The position numbers and the translations under genes are program-made. A stretch of DNA of 64,000 nt from assembly GCA_951406725.2 (NCBI GenBank), contig OX597838.1, positions 45,496,752 to 45,560,751 on the forward strand, given 5' to 3'. Source of the stretch: Octopus vulgaris. Its lineage: Eukaryota. A model generated the notes under the pieces. That model saw nothing but the letters and a program-made list of their open reading frames with translations, was not told where the DNA came from and ran no database searches. This document shows, one piece after another, positions 25,330 through 40,250 of this stretch. Positions within the stretch are counted from its first letter, which is position 1; each line of letters begins with the position of its first letter.

Positions 25330-26790
25330 AATATGCTTCCGTTTCAGTAAATTGCCACCAAATTTAAACAAGAAAGGGAGATAATCGCAAGCATCAATAA
25401 TTCTCTGGAACTGGGTCACAAGATGGAAATGTAGTCAGGTTATCTGGAAGCAAAAAAGTTAACTGTTTGCAATTGCTTCTGCCTCCATAAACATTGTCAA
25501 CTTAGCAGTTATCTAAGAGTTGGAGTAGAGGCAGAATAACTGAGCTGAGAACGCCTGTTAAGGCAGAAACACTGAGCACAGTAGTTCTGTTGGCAAAGGG
25601 AATTATTGGTTTCGCCAATATAATTCTCCTGGCATTTGGGGCAAGTAATGCAGTATATGAGGTTTTGTATATTGCAGTTCATATTTCCATTTACTTTGAA
25701 TAAGAATCCACTCCTAAATTTTTCGTAGATGTCCCCGTCTTTATATTTGTAGTAATTGTTGTTCCACAACTGCTGTTTTCACATTCCTTTACGGAGAATT
25801 TTGTTTCGTTGCCTGATGAGAATTTTGCTCTTGTAAGTTTTTTCCTGGCGTTCTCTTTAAGAATATTGGTAGGATTGATTATATAACGTGGAAATATTGG
25901 TTATTGAAGGGTTGTATGTGTTAAAATGGAATAGTATGTTCCTTGTTTTTTTTTCTTTTGGAGTCCTAGGTTGTGTGATGTCTAATTTCATTGCTTTCGA
26001 GATTCCATTATTCATAAGTTTCACAGGGTAATTTTGTTCTTGTAAGAAGTTTTTGAGTTCATCAAGTCTAATTTAGGGTATTTGTGGATCAATTACAATG
26101 ATGCAGATGCGTCATTGAGATGTTCCTTCTGATGTATGAGGGGTGGCAAGAGTAGAAATTTAAATATTGGTGTATATCTGTCTTTTAGTAAAATATGTCT
26201 GTTGTGACAGTGGAGTTGTGTATTTTGATGTGAATGTCTAGGAATGGTAGTTCGTTGTAGCTGGTTTCTGTTGTGAATTTGATAGATGGGTGCAGTGTGT
26301 TGAGGGTCTTGTGAAATGGTGGTAAGTCTTCTTTTGGTGTATCCCCAAAAACGAAGCAGTCATCGTGGTAGCGCTTCCACTTCACTATGTTTTCCTTAAG
26401 TTGTGATCAAAGGTTTTTCCTACTTCCTCGTAAAGTCTACGTTCTAGGTAACCTAGGTTGATATATGAGGGTGAAAATTTTGTACCCATAGCCGTACCCT
26501 CTATCTGTCGGTATATCTTATCAAATCTGCATGTGTTTTCTTCTAATACTAGACGATTGACCTTGGTAATGAAGTCTGTTTTGAAACGTTCATCTATACA
26601 TCTTCTGTTTCTCTACCCAGTGTTTGACCGCTTCCCGGCCTAAGAAATGCAGTATGTTGGCATAGAGATTAGTGACGTCAAAACTTACAAGTATAGTACC
26701 TTCCGGGACAGTAGTTGGGATGTGTTTGAGAAAGTCTGTCATTCCGTATATATCAGCGTATTAATGGACATAAGGATTTGTGTGTATTTG
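25330..26790 (-). mobile_element. Degenerate Penelope-like element RT + GIY-YIG (Neptune-like)
   Basis: RT motifs: YRQIEGTAMGTKFSPSY.NL, WKRYHDDCF, LNTLHPSIKFT.E...LPFLDI. Endonuclease motif: MNCNIQNLIYCITCPKCQENYIGET. Confidence 0.88.
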
Positions 26791-26807
26791 GTGGGTGGAT
26801 ATATAGG

Positions 26808-27189
26808 AAGCACTCCGTCGGTTACGACGACGAGGGTTCCGGTTGATCCGAATCAACGGAACAGCCTGCTCGTGAAATTAACGTGTAAGTGGCTGAGCAC
26901 TCCGCAGACACGCGTACCCTTAACGTAGTTCTCGGGGATATTCAGCGTGACAGAGAGTGACAAGGCCGGCCCTTTGAAATACAGGTACAACAGAAACATG
27001 AAGTAAGAGTGAGAGAAAGTTGTGGTGAAAGAGTACAGCAGGGATCACCGCCATCCCCTGCCGGAGCCTCGTGGAGCTTTAGGTGTTTTTGCTCAAGAAA
27101 CACTCACAACGCCAGGTCTGGGAATCGAAACCGCGATCTTATGACCGCAAGTCCGCTGCCCTAACCACTGGGCCATTGCGCCTCCACGA
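26808..27189 (-). mobile_element. tRNA-derived SINE (family C; shares its 3' half with family B)
   Basis: A box TGGCCCAGTGG and B box GGTTTCGATTCC. The 3' domain GTATTTCAAAGGG..GAGAACTACGTTAAGGGTAC..CCCTCGTCGTCGTAACCG matches 9240-9420. Confidence 0.88.
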
Positions 27190-27193
27190 GGGT

Positions 27194-27525
<332 letters not shown>

Positions 27526-27562
27526 TACATATACAGGGAGAGCGAGAGAGCGAGATAGATAA

Positions 27563-28940
<1,378 letters not shown>

Positions 28941-29839
28941 TCAAAGAGGCAGAAACACATGAAGCCGGTTTCCCAGCGGAGATTCCGTTTATTCGATTAT
29001 GATTCTGTTTTTCTCATTTAAATATATTCTACTACGAATTAATTATGCACGTTTTTGTCGGCTTCGAATAAAAAGACAGACTGACTCAGTAATCTGTCTG
29101 TCACTGAGTTAGGAGACAGCTGTCTTTATACACACTTGACATGCTTTTATACTCACTTGCAATTACATTTTACTCACGCGAAATGCAAACATTATCAATA
29201 TCAACCTTGCATTTTAATTTTCTCTCGTCCTCACCCTCTACTCCGTGCGTCCCCATCTTGTTACCCTGTCCCAACACCAACCCTATCCTTTGTCTTTAAC
29301 CTCTAACCGTGAATCTATTTTTGCTCCTCTGCAATAAAGCATAGAAGTTCTGTGTGTGTGCGTGTATGTTTATTTGTAATAGTGTTTGTGTATGTGTATG
29401 TGTGTGCGCGTGCGGGCGTGTGTGTTTGTGTATGTGTGTGTGCGCACGTATGCATGCGTGCGTGCGTGTGTCTAAATTTTTTACCGAGCTGATCACAATA
29501 GCAGGTAAATAATTTATTAGTTGTGCGGTATTTTCGAAATCTAATTTCCGACTTCTGTCGAGGTTTTCTTAAAGATTCGAGGTGAAATGACATAAAGAAA
29601 TCACAAACAAAAGAGCTGCAGAGGCACCAGTGTACACACAAAGACACACCACCTATACCGAATTGCATACACACACACACACACACACACTCACACATCT
29701 GTACAAGTATTCGTACTCTCACGAGTATACACGGACACACATACAAATGCACGTAAAAACACACAGATATAGAAAATGACAAACGACAAAATAGTATTGG
29801 TGAGAAACTCTAAAACTGATTGACTGAAAGACAAAACAA

Positions 29840-29907
<68 letters not shown>

Positions 29908-29909
<2 letters not shown>

Positions 29910-30457
29910 GCCCTGATGCAGTACCAGGCAGTGGCTGTCATGGCTTCTGATCTTAACTGATGAGAATTGTTATCAATGTTTTGTCTTGGTATAAATGATG
30001 GGCTACAGCAAATATTCTTCTCAATACGACAGATTTTCTTGTCAGTTGTTTGACCTTAACCAGTTGAGCATGTCCCTTAGTGGCTGACGATATGTGCATC
30101 ACTGATCACAAGCAGAAGTAGTGGGGAAGCATCATAGCCATGTGTTGAGAGGGATTCTTTGGGGTTTGAATAATTCACCTCTGGAAACATAGGTGTTTCG
30201 TTCAACATCCTTAAACAACCCTTAATCAGGGACCTTTTGAGTGGGATGGGTTACCCAACCAGAAGAAAATTCTAACTGGGCCCCACCCGCAAGGTCATGC
30301 GCTATTTATCTTGTTATGAGATCCCCATGTCGCGCACATATGGTTGTGATGCATGTGCCTGGTGTACCCTTATCAGACGGGTAGTCATGATGGGTATACT
30401 GGGCTTCGTATATTTTACCCCAGTGTCACTTTGATGGCATGCTCTGCTCGCTCGCTC
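29908..30457 (+). mobile_element. ~550-bp non-coding element bounded by (AAT)n (copy 2)
   Basis: Homologous end to end with 10754-11304. Confidence 0.8.
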
Positions 30458-30752
<295 letters not shown>

Positions 30753-30754
<2 letters not shown>

Positions 30755-32969
30755 CGCTAACATCTGTCCTGACGGAATATACCTATAGTTTTTTAATAGA
30801 CAGCAACATATTCTCTAATGAACAGATAGGATGTAAACGTGGATCCTATGGTTGTAAAGATCAGCTACTCATCAATAAGATGATCTTAGAGGATTGTCAC
30901 AAACGACACAAAAACTTATCAATAGCCTGGATAGACTATAAAAAGGCTTTTGATAGCCTAACACATAGCTGGATTAAGAAATGCCTGGAAAAGTATAAAA
31001 TAGCACCTACTCTGCGAAACTTTTTGACTGTAAGTATGAGATCATGGAGAACCACACTAACTCTGAACAGTGACAATGAATCCCTAAATGCTGGTGATGT
31101 AAAAATTTCGTGTGGCATTTTCCAGGGTGACTCACTGTCACCACTCCTCTTTTGTTTAGCCTTAATACCTCTCTCAAAACTGCTCAATGACGCGCAGTAC
31201 GGGTATAAAATGTTTGATAAAAATATAAATCATCTCATTTACATGGATGATTTTAAAGCTCTTTGCAAAAAATGACCAACAACTCAAGGGCTTACTAGCG
31301 ATAGTCAAACAATTCAGTGACGACATCAGAATGCAATTCGGCCTCGATAAATGTGCAAAAGCTACCTTTATCAAAGGAAAAATGACAGAAACATCTAACG
31401 TTAACCTTGACCAGCAGAATGTCATAAAAGAACTAGACCCAGCGGAGAGCTACAAGTACCTAGGGGTAATTGAAGGGAACGGAATAAGGCATTCAGAGAT
31501 GAAGGAAAGGATCAGGAGAGAATGCTATCGAAGAGTGAGAGCAATACTCAAGACAGAGCTGAATGCAAGAAACAGGATCGAAGCGATCAATGCATAAGCC
31601 ATACCAGTCGTGACTTACAGTTTCAATATTGTTAACTGGTCAATTACTGAAATATATCAGCTCGACAGAAAAATAAGAAAACTGTTGACAATGCATAGAA
31701 TGCACCAACCTAAGGCAGATACAGAACGACTTTATCTGCCAAGAAAAGAGGGAGGCCGTGGTCTTTTGCAACTGGCAATAACAATGAAGATTGCTACAAT
31801 TGGCCTAGACACCTACCTGAAAAAGTCTGAGGACTGGATGTTAAAACTTGTCTCAAAACATGAAAACAAGAAAGCATCATACTCAGTAACAAAACAGGCA
31901 AAGGAATATCTAAGTGAATTCCGAATACAACCAATTTCGGAATTAGAGATAGACATACAAGAAACAAGCACAGAAAAAGCTAGGCGCATGAAAACCCGTG
32001 CCAAAACTGCGGCCTAAGATATTCTGAATAATAAATGGCAAGAAAAACCTCTCTATGGCAAATATCCAAAGAGAGCGAATAATGCAGATATTGACAAAGC
32101 CCTGACCCATCAATGGCTAATGGCCTCTGGCTTAAAATCTGAAACAGAGGGGTTTATCATAGCAGCTCAAGATCAATGCCTACCAACAGGCCAACATATT
32201 AAAGAACGGCAGTAGCCCAACATGTCGTGTATGCCGACAACAAAATGAAACCATTGATCATGTTGTCTCCAAATGCAGTCTTCTAGCGCCTACAGAGTAC
32301 CTCAACAGGCATGATAGAGCTGCACAATATATTCACTGGGTAATTTGCAAAAACCTGGATTTGCCCCATGAAAAAAACTGGTGGAAACACAATCCACCTC
32401 CAGTGCTTGAAAATGACCACATCTCACTCCTCTGGAACTTCACCATTCAAACTGACAGAAAGATAGATGCAAATAGGCCAGACATCATATTGAAAGACTT
32501 CAGACAAAGAACATGCCTCCTCAATGATATGACTGTCCCAATCGATATAAACGTATCTGTCAAGACCTACCAAAAACTGAGCATGTATAAAGATCTTGAA
32601 ATAGAAATCAGAAAAATGTGGAAGCTGAAGACTAAAACAATACCTGTAGTCATAGGTGCCCTGGGAATGATAGCGAAAGGGACTAATTGCTACCTAACTC
32701 AGATACCAGGAAACCCCAAAATGGCAGAAATTCAAAAGATATTGCTCACGGGAACTACTCATATCCTACGCAAAATACTCTCTATGTAATCCCAAGGTTT
32801 AAAACAAACTTTTTTTTATGTATTAGACATTCACTAGTACAACACAAAAAAAAACAAATTTATGGCTCACTAGACATAACAACAGCGTGAACTTCCAACC
32901 TGTTGTCTCTTGAGGTCTCTGGGTGAGACTTGGAGCCAACTTGTACAGACATAAAGCAAAAGTCAAACA

Positions 32970-32970
<1 letters not shown>
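30753..32970 (+). mobile_element. R4/Dong-type non-LTR retrotransposon (RT, CCHC finger, restriction-like endonuclease), 5'-truncated
   Basis: RT: WIDYKKAFDSL.HSW, GIFQGDSLSPLLF, HLIYMDD, FGLDKC, YKYLG, RLYLPRKEGGRGL. Finger: CRVC..ETIDHVVSKC, RHD. Endonuclease: NRPDII..D..VP..K..YKDL, IPVVIGALG. (AAT)n on both sides, with frameshifts and stops. Confidence 0.92.
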
Positions 32971-33044
<74 letters not shown>

Positions 33045-33062
33045 CAATAACAATAATAATAT

Positions 33063-33736
33063 AGTATCTCAACAGGCATGATAGAGCTGCACAATATATT
33101 CACTGGGTAATTTGCAAAAACCTGGATTTGCCCCATGAAAAAAACTGGTGGAAACACAATCCACCTCCAGTGCTTGAAAATGACCACATCTCACTCCTCT
33201 GGAACTTCACCATTCAAACTGACAGAAAGATAGATGCAAATAGGCCAGACATCATATTGAAAGTCTTCAGACAAAGAACATGCCTCCTCAATGATATGAC
33301 TGTCCCAATCGATATAAACGTATCTGTCAAGACCTACCAAAAACTGAGCATGTATAAAGATCTTGAAATAGAAATCAGAAAAATGTGGAAGCTGAAGACT
33401 AAAACAATACCTGTAGTCATAGGTGCCCTGGGAATGATAGCGAAAGGGACTAATTGCTACCTAACTCAGATACCAGGAAACCCCAAAATGGCAGAAATTC
33501 AAAAGATATTGCTCACGGGAACTACTCATATCCTACGCAAAATACTCTCTATGTAATCCCAAGGTTTAAAACAAACTTTTTTTTTATGTATTAGACATTC
33601 ACTAGTACAACACAAAAAAAACAAATTTATGGCTCACTAGACATAACAACAGCGTGAACTTCCAACCTGTTGTCTCTTGAGGTCTCTGGGTGAGACTTGG
33701 AGCCAACTTGTACAGACATAAAGCAAAAGTCAAACA

Positions 33737-33737
<1 letters not shown>
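33063..33737 (+). mobile_element. Tandem copy 2 of the R4/Dong 3' end (RLE domain + 3'UTR)
   Basis: ORF 33128..33556 differs from 32361..32789 at one residue. Confidence 0.9.
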
Positions 33738-33817
<80 letters not shown>

Positions 33818-33835
33818 CAATAACAATAATAATAT

Positions 33836-34529
33836 AGTATCTCAACAGGCATGATAGAGCTGCACAATATATTCACTGGGTAATCTGCAAAAACCTGGAT
33901 TTGCCCCATGAAAAAAACTGGTGGGAACACAAACCACCTCCAGTGCTTGAAAATGACACATCTCACTCCTCTGGAACTTCACCATTCAAACTGACAGAAA
34001 GATAGATGCAAATAGGCCAGACATCATATTGAAAGAATTCAAACAAAGAACATGTCTCCTCATTGATATGACTGTCCTAATCGATATAAACGTATCTGTC
34101 AAGACCTACCAAAAACTGAGCATGTATAAAGATCTTGAAATAGAAATCAGAAAATGTGGAACCTGAAGACTAAAACAATACCTGTAGTCATAGGTGCCCT
34201 GGGAATGATAGCAAAAGGGGCTGATTGCTACCTAACTCAGATACCAGGAAACCCCAAAATGGCAGAAATTCAAAAGATAGTGCTCATGGGAACTGCTCAA
34301 ATCCTACGCAAAATACTTTCTATGTAATCTCAAGTTTTAAAACAAACATAATTTTCGGGGGTTTTTTGTTTTGTTTTTTTAAGACATTCACTAGTACAAC
34401 ACTAAATGCAAAACCAAATATATGGCACACTAGGCATAACAACATCACGAACTTCCAACTTGTTGTCTCTTGAGGTCTCTGGGTGAGACTTGGAGCCAAC
34501 TTGTACAAATATAAAGCAAAAGTCAAACA

Positions 34530-34530
<1 letters not shown>
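33836..34530 (+). mobile_element. Tandem copy 3 of the R4/Dong 3' end (more divergent)
   Basis: Same start junction as copy 2, with distinct substitutions and 3'UTR. It ends GTCAAACAG(AAT)n. Confidence 0.9.
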
Positions 34531-34594
<64 letters not shown>

Positions 34595-34596
<2 letters not shown>

Positions 34597-35025
34597 GGGT
34601 TCAAATTTTGGCAAAAGGCCAGCAAGTTGGTGGGAGGGCGTAAGTCGATTACATCTATCTCATTGATCTCATTGATCAGTTAACTTATTTTTTCGGCCAG
34701 AAAGGATGAAAGACAACGTCGACCTCGGCGGAATTCGAACGCAGAATTTTAAAAAGGACGAAATGTTGCTAAGCATTTTGCCCGTCGCGTTAACGATTCT
34801 GCCAATTTGCTGCCTTAATGATAATAGTAATATCAATTTCAAATTTTGGCACAAGGTCAGTATTTTGTTGGGGAGAGGTTAAATCGATTACAGCGACCCC
34901 AGTATTTAATCGATATTTATTTTATGGACCCGAAAGGATGAAAGTCAAAGTCGACCTCGGGGGAATCTGAACTCAGAACATAAAAACAGACGAAATGCCG
35001 CTAAGCATTTTGCCCGGCGTGGTAA
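34595..35025 (-). mobile_element. Two tandem SINEs (family D)
   Basis: Repeated TTCAAATTTTGGCACAAGG.CAG..TCGATTACA..GAAAGGATGAAAG.CAA.GTCGACCTCGG.GGAAT..GAAC.CAGAA..GACGAAATG..GCTAAGCATTTTGCCCG. Confidence 0.8.
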
Positions 35026-35200
35026 TAATAGTAATATTAATAATAATAATAATGATAATAATGGTGGTAGTGGTGGTGGTGGTGGCGGCGGTGGTGGTGG
35101 CGGCGGCGGCGACGGCGGTGGTGGTGGTGATGATGATGATGATGATGACGATGATGACGATGATGATGACGATGACGATGATGATGATGATGATGATGAT
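35022..35200. repeat. Compound trinucleotide repeat (AAT/GGT/GGC/GAT)
   Basis: Direct reading. Confidence 0.9.
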
Positions 35201-35389
35201 GGTGACGTTGATCTCAAATATCGTAAATGGACTTGCTGGTATGATTTTAACGAAAAGAATAAGTCACATTAAAGGGAGAAAATCTGACTTAAAATATACT
35301 GAAATACTGAAGTGAACTGCGAAGTTTGCTAAAGGAAGCGGAATATGTTGAATGAGATTGTAAAAAACGAAATTAATAACTTCATTCAA

Positions 35390-35585
35390 TGTATCGCTGA
35401 TAGTTTAAGAGGTTTGGCTTGCACCCACGTGTTTCTGGGTTCGATCCTTCTGCGCAGCACCTTGAAATTAGAAAAGTGTTGGGCATTTTTTTTTTTTTTA
35501 ATTTTCATAAAGCCATAATTTTTCGAGCAACACGTTGGTAGACGAAATTGCTTGACGAAACTATACGGAAGACCAACTCGCGCGT
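35390..35585 (+). mobile_element. SINE family A, 5' half (old)
   Basis: GGGTTCGATCC..CTGCGCAGCACCTTG..TTGGTAGACGAAATTG followed by (TG)n. Confidence 0.55.
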
Positions 35586-35626
35586 TTATGTGTGTGCGCG
35601 TTTGTGTGTGTGTGTGTGTGTGAGAC

Positions 35627-35658
<32 letters not shown>

Positions 35659-35774
35659 GGGGGAGTGATAGTTGAAAAGCAATGAATTCTCGAAAACGAA
35701 GGCTAAGTACTACGTTTTCGATGTTGATATTTCACTTCAATGGTTCGGATCTCTAATCTTCGGACAAAGTATGA

Positions 35775-35846
<72 letters not shown>

Positions 35847-35964
35847 GTGCGTGGATATGTGTGCGTGTGTGCAATCAAACTGACTTGAGTTGTTCTGTCA
35901 GATTTGTATTATTTAGCAAAATCGACAAAGTCAGTGCAGTGAACTTGCTGTGGAGAGTGAAAAA

Positions 35965-35999
35965 GTTCAACGTTTCGGATAGGGTCCTTCTTCAAGAAA
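35965..35999 (-). ncRNA. Minimal hammerhead-like remnant (PLE pLTR)
   Basis: Minus: TTC-TTGAAGA-A-GGA cccta TCC-GAAAC GTT-GAA. The flank GTGAAAAAGT...GGAGAGAAA is shared with 3534-3620. Confidence 0.45.
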
Positions 36000-36679
36000 A
36001 CAGTTGAGAGGAGAGAAATTAAGGTGCAACATAAGAGTTTTACATTCTCTAGATAGAAAAAAATGGCCACAGCTGTTGCAGCCAGTTTTCTAACACTACC
36101 CGAAACGATGGATGATCCACTCTCAATGGCAAGTCACTTTACACTTTTGTCGATTTTAACACATATGTGTGTGCGCGCGCGCGTGTGTGTGTCAGTGTGT
36201 CTATGTATTTGTGTCTGGGTGTGCCTGCGTGTGTCGGTGTGTAAATGTATGCACATGAGTGTGTATGTGTGCATATATGTAGTGTGCGTGTGTGTGCATG
36301 TGTCTGCGTGCATGCATTTATCCTTCTGAACTACATGATAGCAAAGGATATAAACACAGAGAAGAAAATCGTAAAAGATAAAATGATATAAACATATGCA
36401 GCCCTTTGAATGAAGTTACATGCGAGTTTAGTTCCGTGCCAAATTCGAAACACTCCATTTTTATCTTGTGAACCAGTCAGTAATTGAGATCATAGGAAAT
36501 TTATATCCAACATCACTATAGTTCAGCCCCATAGAAAAATAAAAGGAATTCTACAGAATTCCCTGAGAAATCTTTATCTGTGTGACCAAAGATTACAATA
36601 AAATATAAAAGACAAAATTGCAAAAAATAAAAAAAGATCAAGTCCCATTAATCCGGTGATCCTAAAGACTCGATTCATC

Positions 36680-36865
36680 ATTTTACTTGTTATAGTCATT
36701 GGATTGCGGCCACCCGGAGGCATTACATTGAAAGGTTTAGTCAAGCTTATATTTATGTCTGGTACTTAATTGATCGATCTCTTTTGCCGAACCACTAATT
36801 TACGGAGATGTTAAAAACTAATACCGATTGTCAGTGACTAAGGGACAAAGTCAAAGACACACACA
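36680..36865 (-). mobile_element. SINE family A, 3' half (old)
   Basis: TTTTACTTGTT..AGTCATTGGATTGCGGCC..TGGTACTTA..GATCTCTTTTGCCGAACC. Confidence 0.7.
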
Positions 36866-36868
36866 TGC

Positions 36869-36953
<85 letters not shown>

Positions 36954-36982
36954 TGTGTGTGTACTGTTGTGTCTGAGGAGAG

Positions 36983-37208
36983 TCATTTTCTTTCTGTGCC
37001 TTATGATTTAACACACTCACCAGTAAAATTTCTTCTTATTTCTTATTTTTTATTTTCCTAAAATTTTCGTTATGTTGCAACCTTTTCAATAGTCTTGACT
37101 CTTGAAAAGGTTGTGAGGCGCAACGAAAATTTTAGGAAAATAAAAATAACAAATAAGTGGAAATTTTACTGGTGAGTGTGTTAAATTATAAGGCAACAAG
37201 AGAATGAT
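36983..37208. repeat. ~225-bp imperfect palindrome (fold-back element)
   Basis: TGCCTTATGATTTAACACACTCACCAGTAAAATTTC..TTTTCCTAAAATTTTCGTT..CAACCTTTTCAA is mirrored after ~37095. A single-arm homolog lies at ~1845-1967. Confidence 0.85.
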
Positions 37209-38837
37209 ACAACAGAATATGCTTCAACACACGAACTCACATAAAGAATCTTGCAAACCAAATCCAAAAACGAAATATATATTTATATATATATATAAAT
37301 GCGACAAACTTCCATACAGTTTTTTTTCTACCAAATTCGCAACGAATGCATTGGTCGACCCGAGTGCCGCGCAATCGAACTGCACCAGAAGTCACGTGCC
37401 TGCACATATTGTATTTCATTTTTATTTATATAAATATTTATATATTTATTTGTACTTCCCCGATTATTCAAGTGCAGTCAAAAGTCGCCCACATTACTTC
37501 TCAACTGTCTCCATCCAAGTTAAAAAGAAAGAACAAGGACCAGAATCAAAGAGTTTTATAGCTCTCCTCTACTTATATATCGCCCTTCCATTAGTGAAAA
37601 AAATCATCCAATTTTAGAGAGAAATACTAAAGCCAACTGAATTAAAACAAAATCTTGAAACTTAATTAAATATATATATTGACAACCTGATAAAAGAGGA
37701 AAGCACGGTGAATAGAGAAAATTTTAATAAATGTAGCCAAACTGAAGATGTGAAAAGAATACAGCTAACGTTCATATTGTTCACGGAAATTGAAAATGAT
37801 ACAGTATTTGAAAAGAGGCGAAAACCGAAACAATGTTGCACGCGATTATAAAGAAGAGTTTTTTTTTAACAATTTCTGATATTAAAAAACAAAATGACAA
37901 GTTGATACAATTTATGTCTGATTCAAAGACATGTTAAAATGTATTGATGCGTGGCAAAGATATATAAAAGAATGACAATATTTTCAGAATTAGTGTTAAG
38001 TGATTTAATGCAAAGTGATCAGAGAGTAGGCGAATTTTAAGGTCAATGGTTATTAAAAACGCCAAGCAATTACAGGAATATAGTGGTATCACATAGATTT
38101 GTGTCTTTGCGGTTAGATGGCTTAGAAACCTCAAAATTCAACAAAAGGTATTTCTAACTTAATTTCTCCAGACAAAAGAAATCGGCAGATATTGAAGCTT
38201 CTGTAAATTAGAGTTACTTGTTTGCACCAGAATGGCCTGCCATTAACAACACTTGTCTCCGAACTTTTAAACTAGTTTCTTACTTACATTTAATAAGGTG
38301 AATCTTTCCCAAAATATAATAAAAGTAGTGAGCAACTTACGTAAAATAATACAGTATCATCTTGTTATTTTTATTTATTGATATCGGGTTACATTGTTTG
38401 TCTAACCACTCATCTGCATAGCACGAAGGTTTTATTCTTTTTTCTTCAAACATTTATCTCATTGATTTTAATTTTTTATTACTGACTTCCAGTGCATCTG
38501 CATATTTCATAATCTGGTACTATTCCGGTCCCAGCAGTGCCGAATTTCCGGAACTGTAATCTATACATGAAATTTTTTAAAGAATGGAATAAGGTAAAAA
38601 GAATTTTTTTTCAAATAAGGAAAGAATGGCTGTGTAATCCTAAAAACTGTAAAGAATTCAGAGAAACGATGAACTTTATGGAAAATAAACTCAAATATCT
38701 GCAAATGCTTGAAACTGACTGAAAATAACCAACGAACTTCTATGAGGCGTCTACACAGTCATTCGACCTGCGAGAAATATCAGCTACATCTAGCTGAAAC
38801 AATATTATACCAAATAAAATCGGAAGGATATAGTAAT

Positions 38838-39027
38838 ATCGGTTTCAAATTTTGGCATAAAACCAACAATATCGGTGGGTACTTCGAACTCAATGCTCAA
38901 CTACTTCTTATTTTATCGACCCCGAAATGTTGAAAGGCAAAATCGACCTCGGCGGAATTTGAACTCAGAACCTAAAGAGCATTTTTGCCTGGCGTGTTAA
39001 GGATGCTGTCAGTTCGCCACCTTAAGC
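38838..39027 (-). mobile_element. SINE family D
   Basis: GGTTTCAAATTTTGGCA..TTTTATCGACCCCGAAA..TGAAAGGCAAAATCGACCTCGGCGGAATTTGAACTCAGAAC..TCGCCACCTTAA. Confidence 0.8.
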
Positions 39028-39142
39028 AGAAAACAGTAATATTTAAAAGTATTTTTGTTTTGTTTGTTTTTTTTCACTTACTGTTGTATGCATGATACCA
39101 TATGGCATTTTTTCGCGAGGAAAATTAAATTTTCTGACCTAA

Positions 39143-40250
39143 ATACACTGAACTGCAAAAGAAACACGAGGCGTGTGTGACTATGAAATACGTTTTAATT
39201 TCATTATGTGAGAGATAAATTTTGATAAATCTGATAAAGTCAATTTCTTGGATGCACTTTGACCACAGTCTATGGGTTGTTCTCATGTGTTCTGGTAGCG
39301 GGCGGATGTAGCACATCGAGATTGTAAGGCGTGACGTGTTCGATACCGTGTATGCCCTCCCTGGGTGTTCAAAACGGTCATACACCGTCGGTACATGGAG
39401 AGCATGAGCGGTTCATAAAAGCCATTGGCACCTGTCCACACAACCCGAGGAAAGCTGCCTCCAGTTCCACACGAGTTGTCGGCCTTGGGACCACCTGGCT
39501 CAGCCGTCTCTGGATTTCCACCTACAGATGTTCAATTGGGTTCAAATCCGGGCTGAGAGCCGGCCATGGCATGGCCCTGATGCTGTGCTGACGCAGGAAG
39601 TCCATGGTGACTCTGGCCGTTTCGGATGGAGCACTGTCCTGCTGGAACATGTGGTCTTAGGATATGGTCAACGTAGCGCTGCGCTGTGATGCCATTCCCT
39701 CTGCCTGCACCAACATTTTGGAACACATGGGGCCCGATTCTCTGATTCAGGCCTATAGCACCCCAAACCATGGTGCTTTGGCCACCTCACTCGTCTCTCT
39801 CTATGACACATGCGTCTCTGTAGCGTTCACCTCCTCCTACGCCACACCCTCACTCTACCATCCGAGGTGGAAACGAAGCACCGGCTCTCGTCAGAGATTA
39901 TCGACCTCCATTGTTGATGCCGCCAATGTCGGTGCTCTGTAACCCACTGCAGTCGTGCTTGACGGTGGCAGGGGGTGAGGACAGGCCCTCGAGCAGGACT
40001 ACGGCAACGCAGGTTGTTGACGGCCAGTCGACGTTGTACCGTGTCGTCGCTGATGAGTTGCTGTCCACACTGGCCGGTCTGAAGCGATCACAGAGGTGTT
40101 GCAGGTGGATGAAGTGGTCCTGCCTGGGGTGGTCATGCGGGGGCACACTCTGCGAGCACTGTCTGCAGTGCTGTTGATGGTGTTGTTTGTGCCAATGTTT
40201 TAATTTAATCTGTAGGTTGCCATTCAAGAGGAGATCTGCCGCCTTAAAAT
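39143..40250 (-). mobile_element. Tc1-like (DD34E) transposon remnant
   Basis: MVWGAI..ITAQRYVDHILRPHV, then FQQDSAPSETARVTMDFLRQHSIRAMPWPALSPDLNPIEHL* (34 residues between D and E). Probable terminus TACACTGAACTGCAAAAG at 39143; the other TIR was not found. Confidence 0.85.

Noticed and set aside
29908-29990. HDV-like or hammerhead ribozyme at the start of the 550-bp element (CTGATGAG)
   Set aside because: I could not find a matching GAAA box with paired stems or a nested double pseudoknot by eye.
34945-35315. Poly-S/P or poly-M/V ORFs
   Set aside because: They are translations of a compound trinucleotide repeat adjoining a SINE.
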